DNA from: Octopus sinensis
Taxonomy: Eukaryota
DNA: 64,000 nt
Assembly: GCF_006345805.1 (NCBI RefSeq)
Contig: NC_043005.1
Span: forward strand, 69,254,001 to 69,318,000
Direction of reading: 5' to 3'
Shown here piece by piece: positions 53,917 through 64,000 of this stretch (position 1 is its first letter; every line of letters starts with the position of its first letter). Both the position numbers and the translations under genes were made by a program. The notes below the pieces were generated by a model. That model ran no database searches. It was given only the letters and a program-made list of their open reading frames with translations, and had not been told where the DNA came from.

Positions 53917-54639
53917 TATGTATGCATACATTAAAATTGCATATAAATATCTACAGGCATCTGAGGAAATTCTTCCCAATATTAAGGATTATGATTTCAA
54001 ATCATTATACACACACACATCGACACATACGCACACACACATACATATATGTATATAAAATATCTCAGAATATATATATATATATATAAACGGTAAAGAT
54101 ATTATAACGATAAATTAATATATTATGATATAATAAAGACATTATGATAGAGATAGTTATAGCAATATGAAACAAAAAGGTAAAATACATCTATAACCGG
54201 GCAAATGGCACCTACAATTGCTAGAAGTAGGAGCTATAAAATATAACGTGAATATCCACACAAAATCACCAACCTCATGAGATGTTCAACGTCTGCGAGG
54301 GGCAAGTCACTACATATTTCATCAGCGAGCTAAAACTCACAGAATGAAGTAATTTCATAAGATCTTATTACATGATTTCGAAATTTAATCATTGTGATTT
54401 CGTCTCTCCATACTTTACACCGGGTTAAAGGGAGAGCTTGATTCCCATCTGCTTATTACAGAAAAAAACAAATCCGCTGAAAACCGAGAATTAAAATTGA
54501 GAAAAAGCTTTCAGTGTGTATATACATACATATACATATATACAGTTGTATGTGTGTGTAAGGTAGAGAGTATAGTGTGTTATTAGACGTGGTTGAATAT
54601 ATATGGAAATAAATACGATGAAAATTCAGAGATTTTTTT

Positions 54640-55236
54640 AAAAACACTAAAGAAAGTATTAGAATCTTAATAGTAAAAGTATTATACAATATTGTACAAT
54701 ATAACCTTTTTCTTCCAACAAAACCGGTTTCGATACCGCTTTTTAGATTGTGAGTTTGGCATGATTTTCTGAATTAGACATTTTGCTTGCTAGGAGGAAT
54801 AATTGGTAACCAAGGTAATTTACAGTAAAAGGGAGGTAAATCTGTGTTTTCTTTTTTTTTCTTTATCTTGGTCTATATTTTATTCTTACAATAGTCGTGA
54901 TAAATCTTTAATTTTCAATATGAGTTCTTCGTTGTGCTCCATTATAAATTGTATATTGGTGTTAATGCTATTCAGGAGTCTTTTGAATTCCAGGAATTTA
55001 TCTATTTTGTCATTCCAGAGGATGAATCAGACGTCCAAATATCTCTAATTTTTTTTAATGCATTGAGAGTCTGGGTTCAAAAATTTGGAAAATGACTCCT
55101 AACATATTGTTATTTCTAAATGGCAGATTGTTAGGTTGGCAAGGTTCGAAGCCGCCCTCGTTCCCATGGCAATTCCGGATTTTTGGCGATAAACATTGAT
55201 GTCGAACATGAGGTGGTTGTTTTGAAGAGTGGATCT
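54640..55236 (-). mobile_element. Penelope-like element 3' part, truncated at the duplication junction
   Basis: Matches 61840-62428; YRQKSGIAMGTRAA, RYLDV*FILW. Confidence 0.85.
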
Positions 55237-56206
55237 ACGGAGTACAGCTGTGGTTTATTTATTATATATAAAGGACTATAGCTTGAACTGCGTACTGTTT
55301 TTGATTTACCGAAAGGTATGTTGTTATTATTATTGCTGTTTAACTATTGTTATCACGTTTGTTGGTTCCTCTTAAGACAAACGTTATTGTGTTGCATTTG
55401 TTAAATAATTGTAAACCGCAACCGTCCCCCTTGGGAGGAGCTTTATTATTGTTAAAAATTGAATTATGTCCCCGTTCGGGGAAATTGACAATATTTGCAC
55501 CGTTTTATATGGAAGCATTTTTGTTAAAATGCCTTCGATAGGAGAACATTCAAAAATGAATTTCGCTGCAGCCGTCGGCGGGGGCGAACTCATTAAAGTT
55601 AAAATGGAAGAAATACAAACCTATTTCGGATTGATCACCGACAAGGACGGTGATGAACTAGGATAACACCACCAAACGAAATAGAAAATAAAATTAAAGA
55701 AAAGACTATTGTCTATAAAGTATACAATGTAGAAAAAAATGATTTGAACACCTGGAGAAAAGCACCATCGAAAAGTGTCTGGTGCGACTATGAAAGATAT
55801 CTAACCAAAGGCGGTAAATTCGCCACAACAGAAGAAGAAAGTTCGAGTCAACGGAGCGTGCAAGGGAGTACTCGACTCAAACCTTGCAAAGTGGAATATT
55901 TTACTTTTACCTTTATATAAAAATTTAAAATATCCCCCCAGAAGTAGTAGAGGTAGGCTGGATTGTAGCCACACTTCTATACAAGAGGGATGACAAGATA
56001 CACTTGATTGAAATTGCAAGAGACGGGCCTACAATTCCAGTCTGTTATATATTTTGAGTATTGGTGTCACTAGCGATATCAAGATATAACTTGTATTTTG
56101 TATTTTATGTGTAGATGTATATATATATAGATGTACATGTAATATGTACATACACATATATACATGCACTAGCACTATGACCCAGCAACGAGGGTCATAA
56201 TTCTAG
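55234..56206 (+). mobile_element. Duplicated 3' half of the Helitron
   Basis: Hairpin tatgaccc/gggtcata plus CTAG|T at 56203-56207. Confidence 0.7.
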
Positions 56207-56311
56207 TATATACATATATATATATATATATACATAAATATATACATGTTATTGCATAGTGTATATATATATACCTATATATACCTATATATATACATTT
56301 ACCATATATTA

Positions 56312-56353
<42 letters not shown>

Positions 56354-59300
56354 CGTGTGTGTGTATGTGTATAAATGGTGTTTGTAAATATAGTACTATA
56401 TGCCAATACAGACATTAAGTAGATGTTCAGTATAGTTACACGTAATTTAGTGAAACCCACATTTTCACGACCACATTTCTCTTCACTCCTACCCACCTTC
56501 TCATTTCCCTCCCACTTCATCCTCAACCTTCGCTCGTAAGCCCACCCCACCCCTACACTTTCACCCCCAACTCCCCTATCTTCCCCATTCCTTACACCCA
56601 GCAGGCACACTTTCAACATCGCCTAAACATATACAATATATATATTTTCACTGATGTAAAAAAATGATCTATTGATATCAGTACTTTATTTCTATCCAAT
56701 TACCTTTACTGAAGTATATCATTTTGCTGCGAAGATAGTGACAAATTGTACAACTCGTGTAAGAGTTCACTGAAGTCTTACAATTCAGAACGGTAACTGT
56801 GAAAGCATTAATAGCAAAACAGTCTGAAAAAGCAGTTTAGCCATGCATTAGCAACAGTTTTTAAAGAAATGCTACCATCAATAATATTTCTGCTTCCGAT
56901 TACCTCGTTGCAATTATTAGCATCATCATCATCATCATAAACACCAACAACCTGTCTTTCACCATCATGGACATATTCACTATCCTATTCCTCATCATTA
57001 TCAACAACACCGTTCAGTTTGAACGTTTCTCTCATTATTGTCGCCGTTGTTTCATCACCATCGTCGTTATCATAATCGTTGTCGTCGTCGGCGGCGGCGC
57101 CTCCTCGGCATCATCATCATCACATCATCCATTTTCGTCATCATCAACATCGTCATCTTCATTTCTGCCGTCACTTCTCACCGTCGTGGTGATCATCATT
57201 ATCGTCATCAAAGTATCCATGCCGAACATTAGCAACAAATTTTGTATTGACATTATCATCAAGTGAAGCACTACAAAAACTTTTGTCTGAAAATTATTTG
57301 CATTATTATAACAGTACAAGTTGTAATGATTGATTCCATTAAGAATATTGGTAGTTTTTTAAATATCAATAAAAATTTTAGCACTTTTACAAGAAAAATA
57401 ATATAAAAAAGAGTAAGGATATGCGAATGCGCGTGAAGCTGAAGGAATTTAAGAAATATAAGAACCTATAGACAGAACATGCTTTCAAATATTCATCACT
57501 CGTTGATAGAAAATAAATCTTGTATTTAATAAATGAAAACCAGAAAGTTTTTGAACGTCTCTTCCAGAGAACACTTAACAAAAATTAGTCTGCACCTGCC
57601 AGAGTCAAACCCATTTAGATGGCGAGTTATGCGTTGGTAATATGTCGTATGCAGCTGATAATTGTATCTAAAGATTTTATAGTAAATTTATTATTTTCTC
57701 TAGCATCAAATGTATAGGACGCTTTAACAATTAAAGAAGGAAATATTACTGAAAGTGCCTGTCTGCACTCTATAAAAATTAAAAAACACACACACACATA
57801 TACACATACACATGCATGCAAGCGCATACACATACGCACTCACATAAACACACGAATACACACACACATATTATGTACATGGATACATACACACATAGGC
57901 ATTCGCACGCATGCAAACAGACTATATAAAAGTGTTAAACAATATTTTTGTCTCGATTTTATAGCAGTCTGTCCCAAATCCATAATTTAAATCTGAATAT
58001 AATTGCGGTACTTTCTTCGTCTTCGTATTTCTACTTCAGCCGATTAGGATTCCTTTGTATGATGAAAGAGATTAGCTAGAAATCTTCAGACAAAAAAATC
58101 AACAGGGATATTATTGTCTTTTCTTCTAACCATGATCATACGATTTTTATGCATCGCTGTGTAATAGATTTAACAGTATCCAATTTCAATTGAAAATATT
58201 TTAAGGTAAATATTTTCGCTGATTTCAGCAATCTCCTGTGAATCAATGCACACTGGTAAATTCTCCAGATCTGGAGACATTCTCCAGATCTGGTCTGGCA
58301 AGTGCCATATTATTGGCCAACAAGTAGGATGCACAACGGTGTTTAATTCCTTTGGTTTAACTGCGCTCTATGGTCTCAGTGATGTTGGAGTTGAATGCAA
58401 TTAGATAACGCTTGGCAGATCGGAGTAGATAATGATAAGAGAAATGAGATGCAATGTGTCATGATCTCAATGTCCCGTTATAGTTCTTAGTGATTACAAG
58501 TCTGACGAATTTACTAAAAGTCATAGTACACAATTAATGATTGTAAAATAAAGGAACAGTGTCAAGGAACACGACTTTGGAGATATTACTGCTTATATTG
58601 CATTATATGTGTGAGGGTGTAAATATATAATGTGATGGTAAAATTTATAGAAATTTGGAGAGAAAGGGGCCATGAAAGGGGCCAGGTTTGAGACAAGGAA
58701 GGATTTGGTTTGTGAGCGTCGGGACTGGTGCGAGATGGGAATGAAACTTTGAATGTTTATATTATCATCGATGACTGGAATTCCTTGAGGGACATAGTGA
58801 GTATTTTTTTTAAATTGTGGAAGATTTGCTTGTGGTTTGGCAGGGAGGCTTTCACTGTACGGAACATGCTGCAGTATTTCCTCAATAAGGGTAAGTAAAT
58901 TGAGCCACGGGCTTAGCAGTCATTATTGGTTAAATACAAATGATTAAATTTTGAGTCAGTGCACTGCTAAAAAGACTTGAAGACAGAGAAACTGGGTTTT
59001 ATATAATAGATGAGGCATCTACATATCAGTGAGGCAATGTAAGTATGGTTTACATGTAGTTAGAGGGTCGTGATGATGTGGGTATTATAGCTTTTAGGTG
59101 ATAACACGATTATTTAATACGTCGGTGTGAAATTATGATGGGCTTTGTATTTTGCTCGGATATGGTAGCGTGGGCAGGGATAGTAATTGGCCAATTCAAG
59201 TGAACCCTACGCAGAAAGCCACGACTGAATATTTTAAACAAGGCTAACTCCACTAAAGACAACAGGACCAAGAACATAGTTTACAGTATATTAAATAATT

Positions 59301-59808
59301 TGATACCTTTATCCAACGATCCAACGCGAGCATGCATGAAATAAAGGAGATTGGCATTATTACAAATTAGTCTCGAAATTTCCATTCACAAATTACCATG
59401 TGGGAAATAGATACATTAAAAGAAAATGTATTCAGATAATCGAATGTGTATCGATTTTGTTTCACGTTGCCCATTCTCTGCTGATGACAGTAGTGATGGA
59501 CGAAGAATCATCGATATTGCGTGTCGTTAATTCATTGGTAAGTATAGGTTATAACTTGATTGAGTAGAAAGAAATATCGTCTACAGAGGGATTTGTAATG
59601 AATGGCATAATACAATTTAGTGTTGAGATTTGGTGTTTCGGGAATCTCTACAAGACTAGCGTAAGTAAGTGAGAAAGGTGTTACATGCAACACTTGATTT
59701 GCAGATTATTGACCTATATTTCAAGTGTCTGTTCATTATCAGATGACTCTGATTACATGCATACACACTTAATCAAACACACAGACGCATACACACACCA
59801 CACACATA

Positions 59809-59846
<38 letters not shown>

Positions 59847-59922
59847 GTGTGTGTGTGTATATGAGTATATATATGTGTGTGTATACATATACGTATACAT
59901 ATATAACATATATATACATATC

Positions 59923-59957
<35 letters not shown>

Positions 59958-60705
59958 CATGAAAGAAAGAAAGAGTGTAAGAGTTAGAGAAAGGGAGATG
60001 ATTCATAGTTATAATAACTTCAGATACATTGTAATGTAACTAGATGGAGATTCATGCAGAGCAAACGCCGTTGTCACAAATAGATTTCTTGAATGCAGAC
60101 AGTTTTAATATATACACATTACAATATCATTCTGCTGCTGTCAATATTGATGTGCATTCATATAGATTCACTAATATGTGTAATGTGTAACATTTACTTA
60201 ATAATCTCAGCGGATATGTAAAAATATTTCTGTGCTTTATCATCAAACACAAAATTGTGTTAAGCGAAAACTAAATAATACAGAGTGATGATCATAGTGC
60301 TAGATAACATGATTATTCATTAGAAAATGCGAGAGCAGTAACGACAAATTGATAGGATACGATTTCATCTGATAGGTGCAGATTACATCTCGGGATATTT
60401 GTAACTACACTGAAACATTATAAGCAATATATATTGCATACCTAGCGTAAAAATTTAAATACATATTTGTATTAATTTAAAGTTAGAAGCACAATTTTAA
60501 AGGTAAATAGACACGTGTAATACATAATTATGTTGTGTTGTTTTGATCGCTAAAGAAATAGATTATGCGGGGTTGAACTTCTGAAGTGTAAGAATCTGTA
60601 TATACGCATGTGTGCGTGCGTATATTTCAGGTCTTGAAGGGATTATAATTATAATAATAATAATTATTATATTTTTTTATTTACATGAAATGTATGCATG
60701 CATGC

Positions 60706-61110
60706 ATGTATAATATAACTCTGAGCACCTTTTCAAACTCTACCCATGTATATATAACTCTGAGCACCTTTTCAAACTCCACCCATCTAACACCCGTGGA
60801 CATATTTACAAAGTCAGAAAACAGCACAGCTCCCATGACTTCAGGAAAAATTTTTCACCAATGGAACAAACTACCGGCATCAGTTGTTAGTTGTCGGAGC
60901 ACTGCATCCTTCAAAACGTCCATGCTTTCTGAGATTCGCCAACACTACACCTGATTTTCTCCCCTCCATGCACACACAAGCATGTATCTGACTCATAATT
61001 GTTCGCTTTCCAGACATCTTTACATTACTGCATGTACTTTATATGCACTTTCTGATACGTTGTGGGCACCTGAACACTGTATACAATAATTTCATTATTA
61101 TTTTTATTAT
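60706..61110 (+). mobile_element. CR1-clade LINE 3' end (duplicate)
   Basis: Copy of 53510-53916. Confidence 0.85.
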
Positions 61111-61839
61111 ATGTATGCATACATTAAAATTGCATATAAATATCTACAGGCATCTGAGGAAATTCTTCCCAATATTAAGGATTATGATTTCAAATCATTA
61201 TACACACACACATCGACACATACGCACACACACATACATATGTATATAAAATATCTCAGAATATATATATATATATATAAACGGTAAAGATATTATAACG
61301 ATAAATTAATATATTATGATATAATAAAGACATTATGATAGAGATAGTTATAGCAATATGAAACAAAAAGGTAAAATACATCTATAACCGGGCAAATGGC
61401 ACCTACAATTGCTAGAAGTAGGAGCTATAAAATATAACGTGAATATCCACACAAAATCACCAACCTCATGAGATGTTCAACGTCTGCGAGGGGCAAGTCA
61501 CTACATATTTCATCAGCGAGCTAAAACTCACAGAATGAAGTAATTTCATAAGATCTTATTACATGATTTCGAAATTTAATCATTGTGATTTCGTCTCTCC
61601 ATACTTTACACCGGGTTAAAGGGAGAGCTTGATTCCCATCTGCTTATTACAGAAAAAAACAAATCCGCTGAAAACCGAGAATTAAAATTGAGAAAAAGCT
61701 TTCAGTGTGTATATACATACATATACATATATACAGTTGTATGTGTGTGTAAGGTAGAGAGTATAGTGTGTTATTAGACGTGGTTGAATATATATGGAAA
61801 TAAATACGATGAAAATTCAGAGATTTTTTAAAAAACACT

Positions 61840-63460
61840 AAAGAAAGTATTAGAATCTTAATAGTAAAAGTATTATACAATATTGTACAATATAACACTT
61901 TTTCTTCCAACAAAACCGGTTTCGATACCGCTTTTTAGATTGTGAGTTTGGCATGATTTTCTGAATTAGACATTTTGCTTGCTAGGAGGAATAATTGGTA
62001 ACCAAGGTAATTTACAGTAAAAGGGAGGTAAATCTGTGTTTTCTTTTTTTTTCTTTATCTTGGTCTATATTTTATTCTTACAATAGTCGTGATAAATCTT
62101 TAATTTTCAATATGAGTTCTTCGTTGTGCTCCATTATAAATTGTATATTGGTGTTAATGCTATTCAGGAGTCTTTTGAATTCCAGGAATTTATCTATTTT
62201 GTCATTCCAGAGGATGAATCAGACGTCCAAATATCTCTAATTTTTTTTAATGCATTGAGAGTCTGGGTTCAAAAATTTGGAAAATGACTCCTAACATATT
62301 GTTATTTCTAAATGGCAGATTGTTAGGTTGGCAAGGTTCGAAGCCGCCCTCGTTCCCATGGCAATTCCGGATTTTTGGCGATAAACATTGATGTCGAACA
62401 TGAGGTGGTTGTTTTGAAGAGTGGATCTTAATGATTCGATTATGAAATCTGTGTTGATCCGTTATTGTATCTCTTCTGGATATTTGTCCAGCCAGAATCG
62501 GATTGCTTCTATCCCATAATTATGGGGTATATTACTGTATAGGTTTATCCCATCAGATGTAACCATAACTTTCCTCCTTGACCTTTTCTGGTAGGTGATT
62601 TAACATATCTAAATCATCTCTAATATAACTTTTGATGTATTGTCGAAAAAGGTTTTAGGAGGATGTTCATGAGGCAACTTAATGGAGGCTTTTAGGGCTG
62701 CTGGTTCTGGGGTCTGTATGCATGATTTTTTTACGATGTTTTTGATGATTTTTTGATGGCTTAGTTTATAGTTTCGCTTTGGTGAATTTTCGGTAGACCT
62801 TAGAATAGGGTGGGCTTCATTTAAAGTTTGTTAATTCATTTATTTCTTTTTCGTTAGGTCTTCTGCGTTATGTTTTGATTAGTGAAAAGAGGCTTTTCAT
62901 TATTTTTTGGTGGGTGTAATCATTGATTCGTAGTGTTCGTCATTATTTAGTATGGATATTACAAGATTTTTGTGGTAAAATGTGTTCATTACCACAACCG
63001 AACTCCCATTATCTGCTTCTTTGATTGTTATTATTTTTTCATTCTTTCGTAATTCAGCTAGTTCTTTCTGTCGGACAGTGATGGAATTTGAAATGAATTT
63101 TTGATTGTGCAAAACTTACTTTTCTGCATAATTCTGAAACACTGTCCTTGATTTCATTTTGTTAACTCTGCATGGTGCTGGGAGTCAATTTTAGTCCGTT
63201 AGATAGGATGATGATTTTTGTGGTTGATAGGGATTTATATGACAGGTTGATTACCTTCGGTGTTTCTTGTGCATCAACATCCAATCTGTTACCGTTTTCT
63301 GTGGTCTGTGGCTAAAATGTTGGTATACACTGTCCGTGAAAATGTAGAGATTTGGGTTGAATATATGCTGATGTTGTTGTCGTAGATGGGCGCCTCGGGG
63401 TTTATCTGTTGGCATTGCGAGTGTTCCAACCTGTGCTCCGTTTCTTCTGGTCTGGGGCTA
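61840..63460 (-). mobile_element. Decayed Penelope-like element with RT pseudogene
   Basis: VINLSYKSLS...LSNGLKLTP, IKEADNGSSVVVM (ADKG motif), VTSDGINLYSNIPH..GIEAI.FWL, QNNHLMFD..VYRQKSGIAMGT, RYLD; several stops; hammerhead remnant GAAACCGGTT near 61913-61923. Confidence 0.9.
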
Positions 63461-64000
63461 GTAAAACTTTGTTGTTGTATTGGTATGAATTGTCTGGATA
63501 TATGTATATATGTACATATATATATATATATAATTAATTAAAGAGGAATGGAAAAACACATTACGAAGGTCATATCCATGGCCAAACATGTAATAAAATA
63601 TTACAAAACAAATGGCGTTTATCATTATGGATAAATCAAAATTATAACGGATGAGAAGAATGGAACTTGGAACAGTTATATTGTTTATATCCATTATTTA
63701 TACGATGCGGTATATAATATGGTATAATATGTTTGTAACTTCGAAATTGCGATAGAGAATAAACCTTTTCTTTTTACATTGAGGATTTCGTATGTCATAT
63801 CGCCCGCAGACAGATTAATTTTGACGAGATAATATATACATGATAATAGCGGCTTTATAGTGTTTTTTTAAGGATATTCCTATACAAACACACAGACGCA
63901 TGCACGCACTCATGCATACACACACGCACACGCATATATGTATGTATATATATATATATATATGTGTGTAAACATGCATATGCAAGCTCATATGCGTGTG

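Larger units (their letters stand above)
47937..55236 (+). repeat. Segmental tandem duplication, unit 1 (~7.3 kb)
   Basis: Colinear and near-identical to 55234-62428; junction gtgga|tct|acggag. Confidence 0.95.
55234..62428 (+). repeat. Segmental tandem duplication, unit 2 (~7.2 kb)
   Basis: Colinear with unit 1; differences mostly small indels. Confidence 0.95.

Noticed and set aside
54305-54356. Minus-strand hairpin plus GAAA tatg TA gtga half-hammerhead
   Set aside because: CUGANGA absent at the required position; too decayed to call

Overview
AT-rich, microsatellite-dense animal DNA. The SINE, mariner-MITE and Penelope repeat families look like those of octopus/cephalopod genomes (inferred from recognition, not searched). 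I find no host protein-coding exon; nearly all listed ORFs are microsatellite or transposon artefacts. The window is a transposon graveyard: a mariner transposase fragment, three tRNA-derived SINE families, fragments of R4/Dong-, HERO- and CR1-like non-LTR retrotransposons, a decayed Penelope-like (PLE) RT element, a complete non-autonomous Helitron with an internal ORF fragment, and a near-identical ~7.2 kb tandem duplication (47937-62428). The most striking signal is a set of sequence-unrelated short elements inside (TA)n tracts that form fold-back inverted repeats and carry minimal type I hammerhead ribozyme motifs (8.7/8.9, 39.9/40.3 and 45.8 kb; decayed at 9.2, 19.8, 22.4, 43.0 and 54.7/61.9 kb). 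One has a tRNA-like head. A hammerhead-like fold also lies in the 3' UTR of the HERO-like retroelement.
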